Assembly (NCBI GenBank): GCA_046757525.1
Contig: JBHHYI010000019.1
Coordinates: forward strand, 1-38,118
DNA: 38,118 nucleotides
From: a bacterium
GTDB lineage: Bacteria; Zhuqueibacterota; Zhuqueibacteria; Oceanimicrobiales; Oceanimicrobiaceae
Direction of reading: 5' to 3'
The position numbers and the translations under genes were made by a program. The notes under the pieces were generated by a model, which saw only the letters and a program-made list of their open reading frames with translations, did no database searches and was not told where the DNA came from. Shown in pieces: positions 25,975 to 36,700 of the stretch. How positions within the stretch are numbered: the stretch's first letter is position 1; the number at the start of each line of letters is the position of its first letter.

Positions 25975-28101
25975 TTATGTCTGCACCGACTTGCAGTACA
26001 TTTTGCGACAATAGTCCTTCACCATTCTCCGAGCGCTGAATTTGGGCGCCACGCTTTTTATAGAGGTTTTCATGACCTTGACCCAATCGCGTGGGACGCC
26101 GTCAGTAGCGCGTTCATAAAAAAGCGGAATGATGTCGTTTTCCAGTATGGAATAGATGGCCTCGGCATCTTCCAGGTGGCGGTTCTCCGCAGCCGTTTCC
26201 TGGCCAAAGGCCCAGCCGTTTTTGCCATTGAAGCCTTCCAGCCACCAGCCGTCGAGGATGCTCAGGTTGGGAACGCCGTTCATCGCTGCTTTCATGCCGC
26301 TGGTCCCGCTGGCCTCCTGGGGCGGCACCGGATTGTTGAGCCAGACATCCACGCCGTGCACCAGGTATTGCGCCAGTTGTTCGCCGTAGTCCTCCACAAA
26401 AGCAACGCGTCCGGCGGTCCGAGGATCGTGGGCCAGGTTGAAGATTTGCTGCAGAACGCGTTTGCCGGGATCGTCCGCCGGATGGGCCTTCCCGGCAAAA
26501 ATGAACTGCACCGGCTGCCAACGGCTGTGCAGCAGCTTCTTCAAGCGTTCGAAGTCGGAAAAGACCAAGTTGGCGCGCTTGTAGGTGGCAAACCTTCGCG
26601 CAAAACCAATGGTGAGCACCGTCGGGTCGAGCAGGGTACCGCCAGCGACCACATTGGAAGAAGCGATGCGGTCCCGCGCCCAGCGCTGGCGTAAATACTC
26701 CCGCACAGCGTTGATCAGCTTCATCTTGAGTCCAAAATGGGTCTCCCACAGCTCTTCATCCGGGATGTCATCGATGAGTTTCCAAATTACCGGATCGTCG
26801 TGATTTTGCAGCCAATTGGGACCCAGGTATTTGTTGAACAGCAGCACCATTTTGGGGTCCAACCAGGTCGGGACATGGATGCCGTTGGTCACGAAATCAA
26901 TGGGGATTTTGTCGGGCGGCTGCTCCGGCCACAGCACCTGCCACATCTGGCGCGTCACCTCACCATGGCGTTGGCTGACGGCGTTGCGGTACTCGCACAT
27001 TTGGAGAGCGAAGGCAGTCATATTGAAACCGGCCTCCTTTTCCCCTGGTTTGATTCCCAAATTCATGAAGCTGTCGTGGTCCAGTCCCAACGAGGGCCAG
27101 TAGACGTTAAAGTATTTTTCCATGAGGTAAAAGGGGAACACGTCGTGCCCGGCCGGCACAGGGGTGTGGGTGGTAAAAATGGAACTGCGGCGCACTTCCC
27201 GGGCGGCTTCCTCAAACGGCACCCCTTGCTGAATCCTGGCGCGCGTCTTTTCCAACAAAGCAAAAGCCGGGTGGCCTTCGTTTAGGTGCAACGCCGAATG
27301 TTGAATCCCCAGCCGCTGCAGCACCTGGCAGCCGCCGATGCCTAAAACGATCTCCTGCCGCAGCCTTTGCTCGATATTGCCAACGTAAAGGCGAGCGGTA
27401 ATGGCCCGGTTCCACGGCGCGTTTCTTTCGATGTCGGTGTCCATCAAGTAGAGCGGAACGCGACCGACTGCTACCTTCCACACCGCCACGTGAATAGGCG
27501 GCTCCATGAACGGCACCTGCACGATCAGGTGTTCGCCGTTTTCATCCAGAACGCGTGCGATGGGCGCCGCATCGCGATCCAGGGCATCGTTGACGTCACG
27601 CTGCCAGCCGTCTTCGCCGATCTGTTGCCGCAAGTAGCCCTCCGGGTACATGAAGCCCACCGCCACCAGGGGAACCCCCAGGTCGCTGCATTCTTTCAGG
27701 TGGTCTCCAGCCAAAAACCCTAAGCCGCCGGCGTAAAATGGCAGAGAACGATGCAGCCCATATTCCGCCGAAAAATAGGCGATGGGGTATTCGAGAGACT
27801 CGAGGACGTGTTCCAGAAACCAGCCGGCTCTCGTTTCCATTTCCTTTCTAAACTGACCCAGCACGGCGTCCATGTGGCGGAGGTAGGTCTGGTCTTTGGC
27901 AGCGGATTCGAGCACCTCCTGCGGCAGCTCGTTGAGCATTTTGACCGGGTTGTGAATGCTTTCTTTCCACGCCTGCCGGTCCAGACTCTTGAACAGCATG
28001 CGGGCTTCCGGGTGCCAACTCCACCAGAGATTGTCCGCCAGTTCTCCCAGGCCCTTGAGTCTCCTGGGCAACCGGGCGTAGCTTTCGGTTGCAGCATCCA
28101 T
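25975..28101 (-). CDS. glgP: Alpha-glucan phosphorylase
   Basis: AYFSAEYG, GGLGFLAGD, HLNEGH, FARRFATYKR, PLP motif EASGTSGMK. Confidence 0.96.
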   Translation of the reverse strand: MDAATESYARLPRRLKGLGELADNLWWSWHPEARMLFKSLDRQAWKESIHNPVKMLNELPQEVLESAAKDQTYLRHMDAVLGQFRKEMETRAGWFLEHVLESLEYPIAYFSAEYGLHRSLPFYAGGLGFLAGDHLKECSDLGVPLVAVGFMYPEGYLRQQIGEDGWQRDVNDALDRDAAPIARVLDENGEHLIVQVPFMEPPIHVAVWKVAVGRVPLYLMDTDIERNAPWNRAITARLYVGNIEQRLRQEIVLGIGGCQVLQRLGIQHSALHLNEGHPAFALLEKTRARIQQGVPFEEAAREVRRSSIFTTHTPVPAGHDVFPFYLMEKYFNVYWPSLGLDHDSFMNLGIKPGEKEAGFNMTAFALQMCEYRNAVSQRHGEVTRQMWQVLWPEQPPDKIPIDFVTNGIHVPTWLDPKMVLLFNKYLGPNWLQNHDDPVIWKLIDDIPDEELWETHFGLKMKLINAVREYLRQRWARDRIASSNVVAGGTLLDPTVLTIGFARRFATYKRANLVFSDFERLKKLLHSRWQPVQFIFAGKAHPADDPGKRVLQQIFNLAHDPRTAGRVAFVEDYGEQLAQYLVHGVDVWLNNPVPPQEASGTSGMKAAMNGVPNLSILDGWWLEGFNGKNGWAFGQETAAENRHLEDAEAIYSILENDIIPLFYERATDGVPRDWVKVMKTSIKSVAPKFSARRMVKDYCRKMYCKSVQT

Positions 28102-28126
28102 GATCCCTCCTGAACTAAGAACGAAT

Positions 28127-28438
28127 TCAGCTTTTGATTATGGCCGCCTGGTGTTCGGCTTGCTTGAGCGCGATCTCCTTGACCAAATCGAGAATCTTAA
28201 AGACCGTCTTGTCCACCACGCTGTAAAACGTCTTGACCCCTACTTTTCGAGGTGCAATAAGACCCGCACGCACCAGGATGGCAATGTGGCGCGATAGGTT
28301 GGATTGCTCCAAATCCAATTGCGGTCCCAATTCGCAGTTACAGGTTTCATCGTTGCACAAGGCCTCCAAGATGCGAATGCGGTTGGCATGCGCCAGGGCT
28401 TTGAGGATGTCGGCTTTGAGCTCCGGGGCTGTTTTCAT
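28127..28438 (-). CDS. ArsR/SmtB regulator (second copy)
   Basis: LKALAHANRIRIL, CNCEL, QSNLSRH. Confidence 0.88.
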   Translation of the reverse strand: MKTAPELKADILKALAHANRIRILEALCNDETCNCELGPQLDLEQSNLSRHIAILVRAGLIAPRKVGVKTFYSVVDKTVFKILDLVKEIALKQAEHQAAIIKS

Positions 28439-28480
28439 GATTGGCTTCCTGACTATTGAATTCATTGAGCATTTTAACAT

Positions 28481-28509
28481 AAATTAGCTCAAAAAATTCA
28501 AAAAGTCAA
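28481..28509 (-). promoter_or_regulatory. Candidate sigma-70 promoter for the second arsR-family gene
   Basis: TTGACT-N17-TAATTT. Confidence 0.5.
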
Positions 28510-29597
28510 GAGCCATGAAGTCCGTCGGATGCTGCGAATCTCTCCGGTTCTAATTGAGGAACCCGAAACTTGCCTTGAAATCTGAGCGCCACGTTTACCA
28601 GGCTGATCAAGACCGGCACTTCCACCAGAGGACCGATCACCGCAGCAAACGCTTCACCTGAATTAATGCCAAACACCGCCACGGCCACGGCAATGGCCAG
28701 TTCAAAATTGTTACTGGCTGCTGTAAAGGACAGCGTGACTGTTTGAGAATAGTCAGCGCCCACTTTTCGGCCCATATAAAAAGAAACGAAGAACATAATG
28801 ACAAAATAGAAAACCAGCGGAATGGCGATTCTGACAACATCCATGGGGATTTTCACTATGAATTCACCTTTAAGTGAAAACATCACCACAATGGTGAAAA
28901 GCAGTGCAACCAAAGTCATCGGACTGATACGAGGAATGAAGACCCGTTCATACCACGCCTTTCCTTTGAGCTTTAACATGGTAAATCGTGTCACGATGCC
29001 AGCTAAGAAAGGAATGCCCAGATAGATAAACACGCTCTCGGCAACTTGTCCGATGGTAATTTCCACCTCAAACGATTTCAGTCCCACCCAGGAAGGCAGC
29101 AGAGACAGAAACACATACGCATAAACCGAATAGAATAGTACCTGAAAAATGGAATTGAAAGCGACCAGACCGGCAGCATACTCGGTGTCTCCTTTCGCCA
29201 GTTCATTCCAGACAATGACCATGGCGATACATCGCGCCAACCCAATCATAATGATTCCCGCCATATATTCCGGCATATCCCGAAGAAAAACTATTGCCAG
29301 ACAAAACATCACGATGGGACCGATCACCCAATTCTGAATGAGGGAAAGCCCCAGTATTTCGACATTTCTGAACACATCGCCAAGCTCTTCATATTTCACT
29401 TTTGCCAACGGCGGATACATCATCAGAATCAAGCCAATAGCAATGGGAATGTTGGTGGTGCCGGATTTCATAGTGTCCCAGAAGTCGGCAATGCCCGGGA
29501 ACAGGAAACCTGCGAACACTCCAGCAAACATGGCCAGAAAAATCCACACCGTTAAAAACCTGTCGAAAAACGCTAATCTTTTCGATACCGCTTTCAT
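28506..29597 (-). CDS. acr3: ACR3-family arsenite efflux transporter
   Basis: [41 protein letters not shown]. Confidence 0.96.
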   Translation of the reverse strand: MKAVSKRLAFFDRFLTVWIFLAMFAGVFAGFLFPGIADFWDTMKSGTTNIPIAIGLILMMYPPLAKVKYEELGDVFRNVEILGLSLIQNWVIGPIVMFCLAIVFLRDMPEYMAGIIMIGLARCIAMVIVWNELAKGDTEYAAGLVAFNSIFQVLFYSVYAYVFLSLLPSWVGLKSFEVEITIGQVAESVFIYLGIPFLAGIVTRFTMLKLKGKAWYERVFIPRISPMTLVALLFTIVVMFSLKGEFIVKIPMDVVRIAIPLVFYFVIMFFVSFYMGRKVGADYSQTVTLSFTAASNNFELAIAVAVAVFGINSGEAFAAVIGPLVEVPVLISLVNVALRFQGKFRVPQLEPERFAASDGLHGS

Positions 29598-29631
29598 GTC
29601 CTACTCCTTACCTGCTAAGAGCTGTGTTTAT

Positions 29632-29862
29632 TCACGTGAATCTTTTATCCACTGCTTTTAAGGTAGACTTGGTGGGAATCTTGCCGCTGCTCATGAGTTG
29701 GCCGTTGATCAACAAACCCGGCGTTAGCAGGCCCCCAGCTCTGCGAATCTGCTCCCCTCCGTGATCTTCTCCACCTGAGCTTCGACGCCTTGTTCTGCGG
29801 TCACTTGCAGCCAACTTTTCACAATTGGGGCAACCAGTGCCCACGGCCTGAATGTTCACCAT
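29632..29862 (-). pseudogene. Small redox-active disulfide (thioredoxin-like) protein disrupted by frameshifts
   Basis: GTGCPNC start and TPGLLING..GKIP end in one frame; the family-like middle VTAEQGVEAQVEKITEGSRFAELG lies in another frame. Confidence 0.75.
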
Positions 29863-29864
29863 AG

Positions 29865-30293
29865 TTAAACTTCCTTGCGCTTCAGCTCTTGTTCATAGAA
29901 TTGCTTGAACTTATTTCGAATCTCATCGCGTACCCTGCGAAAAACAGAGACCTCCTCCTCGGTGCCGGTGGCCTGGGCCGGGTCCTCGAAGCCAAAGTGT
30001 ATTTGTTGCTTCACCTCTCCAGTAAACACAGGACAGGTTTCTTTTGCGTTGTCACAGACGGTGACGACGTAATCGAACGGGGCGTCCAGAAAATCGTCCA
30101 CAGACTTTGGCCGCTGGCCTCCGATGTCAACCCCGATCTCCCGCATGACCTGCACCGCCTTCGGGTGCACCCGTTCAGCCGGTGTGGTGCCCGCGGAATG
30201 CACGTCCAGCTCGCGATCCAATGATTTGAGGAACCCTTCTGCCATTTGACTGCGGCAGGAGTTGCCCGTGCAGAGAATGAGTATTTTAGTCAT
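29865..30293 (-). CDS. arsC: Arsenate reductase, thioredoxin-coupled LMW-PTPase type
   Basis: CTGNSCRSQMAE, TVCD..CP, FEDPA, FRRVRDEI; AAGGAGG RBS. Confidence 0.94.
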   Translation of the reverse strand: MTKILILCTGNSCRSQMAEGFLKSLDRELDVHSAGTTPAERVHPKAVQVMREIGVDIGGQRPKSVDDFLDAPFDYVVTVCDNAKETCPVFTGEVKQQIHFGFEDPAQATGTEEEVSVFRRVRDEIRNKFKQFYEQELKRKEV

Positions 30294-30317
30294 CAAACCT
30301 CCTTTGGTTAATCTGTT

Positions 30318-30350
30318 AGAAACCGACTTTTTTAGAAAAAGTCGGTTTCT
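30318..30350. repeat. Hairpin with perfect 14-bp stem between arsR and arsC
   Basis: AGAAACCGACTTTT-N5-AAAAGTCGGTTTCT; function unknown. Confidence 0.7.
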
Positions 30351-30435
30351 TCGACTCATACTTCCAGGTCATCGGATATTCTTTCTTTCTTTTTTTATGC
30401 TTCGCCAATTAACGAATTCAGTAGCACAAAAAAAA

Positions 30436-30780
30436 TCAGGTGGCGCAAATTGTGTCTCGGTCAACAGCTTTGACTTTCTCGGCGTCTTCACGAACGATGT
30501 CTTCGTCGGGCAACCATTCGGCCAACAGCGGGAGCAGTTGGCTCACGTACTTCTCGGAAGTGGATTGGTTCAAGTAAAGATTGACCCATTTGCCGTCTTT
30601 TTGGTCCAGAATCAGATCAGCGTCTCTCAGAATCGAAAGATGTTTGGACACCGTCGAATTGGCCAAGTTCAGAATCTCCCGAATCTCGCACACGCAGAGG
30701 GAGCGAATTTGCAGCATTTTGATGATGCGAATCCGGTTGGGATCCGACAAAGCCTTAAAGATTCGTAGCAGATTTCTCAT
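30436..30780 (-). CDS. arsR: ArsR repressor
   Basis: FKALSDPNRIRI, LCVCEI, STVSKHL; heads the ars operon. Confidence 0.92.
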   Translation of the reverse strand: MRNLLRIFKALSDPNRIRIIKMLQIRSLCVCEIREILNLANSTVSKHLSILRDADLILDQKDGKWVNLYLNQSTSEKYVSQLLPLLAEWLPDEDIVREDAEKVKAVDRDTICAT

Positions 30781-30787
30781 TCTTCTT

Positions 30788-30836
30788 TATATTTCGTTAT
30801 ATGGCGAAGTATAAGAATAGCGACGGTAAAAGTCAA
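30788..30836 (-). promoter_or_regulatory. ars sigma-70 promoter with overlapping ArsR-type operator
   Basis: TTGACT(30836-30831)-N17-TATACT(30813-30808); inverted repeat TATATTTCG-N8-CGAAGTATA at 30788-30813. Confidence 0.8.
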
Positions 30837-31025
30837 GCTTTTTTTCGTTATTGCGATCGTCGGCCGCTTTTGAAATATTTGATTTTCACCTAAAAGCTTT
30901 GTATTTTGCAATACTGTCAAACAAAGTTGGCACCAGGATGCAACCCTGGTAACGGTGGGGAGCAACAAATAAGGTAACAGTTCACATGCCCGAAGGATGC
31001 CATAAGAAATGTGAGGTTCGTGTTC

Positions 31026-31105
31026 TGTCATTCCCACAATCTTTTGAGCGGGAAACCACAACGGCTTTTCAAATGGATTCCTGCTAAAAACATGCAGGAA
31101 TGACA
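31026..31105. repeat. GTCATTCC-type REP doublet
   Basis: TGTCATTCCC..GCGGGAA..GGATTCCTGC..GCAGGAATGACA. Confidence 0.8.
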
Positions 31106-31236
31106 TGTTGCTGAACTGTTACGAAACAAGAAACCACCGACAAGGATCGGTTGAGCCGAAATAGGGGCAGACCGAAACTGTCGCGTTGTTGGCGATCAAC
31201 ACGCAACCGTCTCGAAACCATTGGGAATGCGCAACG

Positions 31237-32358
31237 ATGAACCAAAAACGACTCGATTTGTGGAAAGAAAACTTAAAGAGGGAAATCGAGGGGGAGTACC
31301 TCTACCGTAAGCTGGCCGACCTGGTGACGGACCCGAACCGACGTCAGGCTTATGAGCAAATGGCTGAAATGGAAAAACGTCATGCTGACATCTGGACGAA
31401 GCATTTGTCGGACGAAGGCATTGCGATTCCAGCAAAACCCAGGATTTCCCTGCGGACTCGAATCCTGGCCTGGTTGGCGCGGCGTTTTGGCCCCATGGCC
31501 ATCGTCGGGTTGCTCACCGCCGAAGAGGTTCGCGACATGGGCGACTACAAAGCGCAGGCGCAAATAGACACCTCCGATGCCCTCAAGGAAGTCATCGCCG
31601 ACGAAGCCTCCCATGCCAGGGCCTTGCAGTCTTTGAAAGCGGGCAAAGGGGTGAAGGTGGGCGAACCAGAAGTGTGGCATCGGGGTGCCAGCGCCGGCGG
31701 GTTGCTGCGGGATATCGTTTACGGCTTTAACGACGGGTTGACCGCAAATTTTGGTCTGGTCATGGGGGTCATCGGTGCCGAGACTTCCAAGGACATCGTT
31801 TTGCTGGCCGGCTGGGCCGGGGCCCTGGCCGACGCGCTGTCCATGGCCTCCAGCGGCTTCCTGGCGGCCAGGTCGGAACAGGAGGTGAGACAGCACCATC
31901 TGGCGTTGGAACAGATGGAAGTGGAGATGATGCCCGAAGAAGAGGAAGAAGAGCTGAAACTGTTGTACCAGGCCAAGGGACTGGACCCGGAAACGGCCGG
32001 ACAGATTGCTAAAAAGCTCATGGAGAATCCAAACGTTGCGCTTTCACAGTTGGCGCGGGAAGAGTTGGGTCTGGATCCTGAAACACCGCCCAACGCCTTG
32101 CAAGAAGGCGTTACCACTGGTGTTGCGACCGCCATTGGCGCGGCCATTCCGATTCTGCCCTTCATGTTTTGGCAGGGACAAACTGCGGTGTGGGTGTCGA
32201 TCATGCTAAGCATGTTCGCCCATTTCGCCGTTGGCGCCAGCCGGACTTTGTTCACCGGGCGGCCCGCCTTCCGCAGCGGTTTTGAGATGTTTCTGGTGGG
32301 CATGGGCGTGGCTGTTTTCACCTATTTGCTGGGCCACCTCTTTGGTTTGGCCTTATGA
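31237..32358 (+). CDS. Rubrerythrin/ferritin-like domain fused to VIT1/CCC1 transporter
   Basis: ExxH motifs (MEKRH, DEASH); DIVYGFNDGL, ADALSMA; C-terminal TM helices. Confidence 0.88.
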   Translation: MNQKRLDLWKENLKREIEGEYLYRKLADLVTDPNRRQAYEQMAEMEKRHADIWTKHLSDEGIAIPAKPRISLRTRILAWLARRFGPMAIVGLLTAEEVRDMGDYKAQAQIDTSDALKEVIADEASHARALQSLKAGKGVKVGEPEVWHRGASAGGLLRDIVYGFNDGLTANFGLVMGVIGAETSKDIVLLAGWAGALADALSMASSGFLAARSEQEVRQHHLALEQMEVEMMPEEEEEELKLLYQAKGLDPETAGQIAKKLMENPNVALSQLAREELGLDPETPPNALQEGVTTGVATAIGAAIPILPFMFWQGQTAVWVSIMLSMFAHFAVGASRTLFTGRPAFRSGFEMFLVGMGVAVFTYLLGHLFGLAL

Positions 32359-32474
32359 AGCCGTGCAGTAAAAGTCACCAGCCAAACGAGAAACCGGAGG
32401 TGTGCAAATGGGGCGGTGGTACGCGTCCAAATTGTGCCGTTCAATTTGCCGCAAGCTAAAGCAAGGATGAGAAA

Positions 32475-33410
32475 ATGCCTAAATACAAACGGAAACTCCA
32501 TTTAGCGCTTGGCGGCGGTGGTGCCCGGGGCCTGGCCCATATCGGAGTGCTCAAGGTCATCGAACAAGAACGGCTGCCCATCGGGCGACTGAGCGGAACC
32601 AGCGGCGGCGCGATTATCGCTGCATTGTACGCGCAAACCGGTCGCGCCGATAAAGTCTATGAAAAGATGCAGCAGTTTCTCAAGGGCGATGCTTTCAGAG
32701 AGTTTGGTCTATACCTCTTTCGAGAAGAAAAAGGCAATGGCCGCTCCTATTGGAAAAGTGTGGAAAATTTGCTGCATTACTTGAAATCGCGCCTCACCTA
32801 CTCCCGGGTTTTCATTGCCAGGTCAATCTTCTCGGCTGAGCGGTTTGTAGCGCTTCTGTCCGAACTCTACGAGGACGGCAATCTGGAGGATTGCCGCTAT
32901 CCGCTGCAAATTGCCGCGGTCAATGTAGACAGCGGGGAAGACGTGCTCATCGACCGTGGCAATCTCACACGCGCGGTGGCAGCCAGTGCAGCCATTCCGG
33001 GTCTCATAGCCCCGGTGGAATTTGGCGGCAAGTGTTTGATCGATGGGGCGGTCATCAATGCGGTTCCTTTGCTTCGCACCAATAGACGCCGCGAAGTGCC
33101 CGTAGCCGTGGATGTTAGCCGTTGCGTGCGCACCGATTATCCCAGGAGAATGGCCCTGGACTACATTTTTCGTGCCGAGGAGATCACCACGTTCAGGCTC
33201 AACGAAGTGCATCTGAAAAGGGCTGAGATCCTCATTCGACCTCAGGAAGTCCGGCACGGCCATTGGGCCGATTTCAGCCGGATCGATGAGTTCGTTCAAA
33301 GCGGTGCACGCGCCGCTGAGGCCAAGATAGCCGAACTCAAAGACGCGCTGCACCACCGGGATTCGGCCTTGCGAATCTGGTTGCAGCAAAAGATTTGTGT
33401 CCCTTCTTAG
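32475..33410 (+). CDS. Patatin-like phospholipase
   Basis: LGGGGARG, GTSGG, ASAAIP, DGA. Confidence 0.92.
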   Translation: MPKYKRKLHLALGGGGARGLAHIGVLKVIEQERLPIGRLSGTSGGAIIAALYAQTGRADKVYEKMQQFLKGDAFREFGLYLFREEKGNGRSYWKSVENLLHYLKSRLTYSRVFIARSIFSAERFVALLSELYEDGNLEDCRYPLQIAAVNVDSGEDVLIDRGNLTRAVAASAAIPGLIAPVEFGGKCLIDGAVINAVPLLRTNRRREVPVAVDVSRCVRTDYPRRMALDYIFRAEEITTFRLNEVHLKRAEILIRPQEVRHGHWADFSRIDEFVQSGARAAEAKIAELKDALHHRDSALRIWLQQKICVPS

Positions 33411-33494
33411 ACGCCTGGCGACCCGTGTCAACCGTCGCCCATGCCTGGTGGTAGTGGATCGACGCGGTGATCAAAAAGAGCTTAGCTCCCTGGT

Positions 33495-33602
33495 ATTGTA
33501 AAACGCACCGTTCTGAAAGTTGGCTTGAGTCCTGAGGATTTTGCGGCGCATTCTTTACGCTCTGGATTTAGAGAGAACGCTGCTTCCAAGCCTGGCTTGT
33601 GA
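33495..33602 (+). pseudogene. Tyrosine recombinase/integrase fragment
   Basis: Translates IVKRTVLKVGLSPEDFAAHSLRSGF (HxLR box); no start codon and no downstream catalytic Tyr. Confidence 0.7.
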
Positions 33603-33707
33603 TTTTGTCTTATTTGTCTTGCATTAGAGTCGGTATTTTCATATTCTTTGGAAGTATTTTTCTGAAATGTCGTTGCATTTCTTCAGAGTTTAGTTGTCCT
33701 GAACAAA

Positions 33708-36700
33708 ATGATAGATCACGATCTCAAAGAACACGACATCCAAAATCTAAATGATGCTAATGCCGTTGCTGAGTTCTTCACCAAACTGCAATACGACACT
33801 TCAGAGCGCCTGAGACAGAGTCCCGCCCACCTCGGTATTACCGAGAGTCTTCACCCCGACATCAACAAGTGCGAAAGAATCGCAGACCAGGAAGGTTTTC
33901 TGCAAGTTTATCTGTTTGAGCTGAGATCCGTGACGGTCGCTGCCACCAAGACCATTGCCCGCGCCTTGAAAAACAAAGTTGGTAACTACCTCCTTGTGCT
34001 GACCAGCGATTACGAACGCATCGACTTTGTGCTTTTGGAGCGAATTCGCCCTGAGCAAGAAGAACGCGACAAGGTTAGGAAAACACCGTCGCTGACGCAA
34101 GCAAACGTCCGACCGCGGGTGTTGACGGTCAATCGCCGGAAGCCCACCAGAGTTGACCTGCGCGTCTTGCGTCGGTTCACGTATACCGAAACCGATGCCT
34201 TTGCGCAGTACGACAAACTCGTTTCCGCATTCGGCATCGCAGATTGGTCAGAAGAGCAATTCAACAATCGCGCACTCTTTTCGGACTACTACCTGAAGGA
34301 GCGTTTGCCGAGCGAAAAAGAATGGCACGAAGATCCCAAGCCCAGCTATTTGAAACTCAAGGATGTCTTTGAGAGCGCCCGTGAGAAGTGGAGCAACCAA
34401 CCGGAAAAAGAATTACGCGCCGGCATGTTACAGCCAATCTTTGCAGAACTTGGGTTTTCGTTTAAAGCCGGAAAGAAGGCAGGCGATGACAAAGCTGAAC
34501 CCGACTATTTTCTATTTGAAAGCGGTCAAAACTCAGATGTGAAGAATGCCCTATCTTTTTGTCTGGCCTACCCGTGGGACCGCTACCTCGATGGCAAGGA
34601 CTACACCCGCGATGCCGAATCCCCGGAGGAGAATCCGGGTCAACTGGTTTTGAGTCTTCTGCAACGAGAAGAAGCCGACTGGGCTGTCGTCACCAATGGA
34701 AAGGTGTGGCGGTTGTATTCAGCGAAGACGCACTCGCGAGCCAGCAACTACTACGAAGTTGATTTGGAAGAAGTACTCAGCGCGCGCGATCCAGAGATGT
34801 TTCGCTATTTCTGGCTGATGTTCCGAGCACACGCCTTCCAGAAATGCACCGTCACCGTCGAGGGGCAGGAAAGGGAAACTACGTTCCTGGAGCAGCTTCT
34901 CGAGGGGAGCCAGCAATATGCCAAAGAGCTTGGGGAGCGACTCAAAGAACGCGTCTTCAACAATATCTTTCCTCACTTCGCCAAAGGATTTGTTGAGTAT
35001 CGCCGCAATTTGCCAGCGCTTGGGGAGCAGCCGCAAAAGCAATTGTTCGACGATTCCGGCCAGCTTCAACTCAAAGCAGAGGCCGGTGACAAATATCTCA
35101 ACGATATCTATCAAACCACCTTGACGTTTTTGTATCGCTTGCTTTTCCTGCTCTACTCGGAAGCGCGTGACTTGTTGCCTGTGAAAGAGGAGCGCGGGTA
35201 TTGGGAAAAGAGCTTGACCAAACTCAAAAACGAAATCGCCGAAGCGGCCGGAATCGATCCGGACGGGCGCGAGCAAAACCTCAAAAAACAGTACTCCAAT
35301 CAACAGACCAAACTGTATGACCGGCTCCTTGCCGTCTTCAAAGTCATCGACAAGGGACAGGCGTCGATTAACGTGCCAGTGTACAACGGCGGCTTGTTCA
35401 TTACAGAGCCAAAAGCCGATGACAATTCCGACGAAGCCCGCCACGCGAAGCTGCTGAATGAAAACAAGATTCCCGACCGCTATCTCGCTCTGGGGCTGGA
35501 CTCCCTGGCACGTGATCTTGACAGCAGAACCTTCAAGCTCGTGCCTATCGACTACAAATCACTGGGCGTGCGCCATCTGGGTTCGATCTATGAAGGGCTT
35601 TTGGAGTTTCGTGTGCGCATTGCGCCGGAAAAGATGGCCATTTGCAAAGGCAAAGGGAAGACGGAAGTCATTATCCCTTACCCGGAAGCCAGGAAAACAG
35701 GCGCCAGGATTCTGACCGTAGGCAGAGGTAAAAGCGCCGTCGAGCGCACTTTGCCACCGGGAGCCGTCTATCTCGAAAACGACAAGCACGAGCGCAAAGC
35801 CACCGGCTCCTACTACACCCCTGACTATATCGTCAAATACATCGTGGAAAACACGGTTGGCCCCGTGCTGCAGGAAAAGTTTGACAAGCTGACCCAGAAA
35901 TTCCGTGACGCCCAGCAGCACCACCGCAAGCAGCAGCGCTTTGCAGAACAAAAAGCCCGAGTCAGTAAATTCGCAGTGCCGGAGAAGAGCCTCGAAGCCA
36001 CGCTCAAGACCTACCGCTCCCTGCTCGACGAGCTGTTCGATGTCAAGGTACTGGACCCCGCCATGGGCTCCGGGCATTTTCTGGTGGAGGCCGTGGATTT
36101 CATCACTGACCGCCTGATCGATTTCTTGAATGGCTTCCCCTGGAATCCGGTCACGGTGCTGCTGGAACAGATGCGCGAGGCGATTCTTTCTCAAATGAAC
36201 GAGCAGGGGATTGCCATCGACCGCAGCAAGCTCACGGACGTGAACCTGCTCAAACGCCACGTGCTCAAGCGCTGTATTTACGGCGTCGACCTCAACCCCA
36301 TGGCCGTGGAGCTGGCCAAGGTCTCCCTGTGGCTGGACTGCTTTACCCTGGGCGCGCCGCTGTCGTTTCTCGACCACCATCTAAAGTGTGGCAACTCGCT
36401 GATTGGCTCGACCATTGAAACGGTCAAGAAGAATATCTCGGAATCTGGCAAGCGCGGACCTACCGGAGACATTCAAATTGACATATTTGGCAGCCAGTTC
36501 GCCGGCTTGTTGCAGGCGACTCAAGGCATGATTCACGTCGGCGAGCTATCTGACGTGACGCCAGGGCAGGTCAGGGAAAGCCGCACCTCGTTCCTGAATG
36601 CCTCGCAGATACTCGAACCGTTCAAGGAAGTGCTCGACCTGTGGACCAGTCAGTACTTCGGCAATACGGAAGCGCGCAACCTGTTTCTCACCGCCGGCTT

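Noticed and set aside
30928..30941. Sigma-54-like TGGCAC..ATGC upstream of the VIT1 gene
   Set aside because: GG-to-GC spacing is 9 nt rather than the required 10
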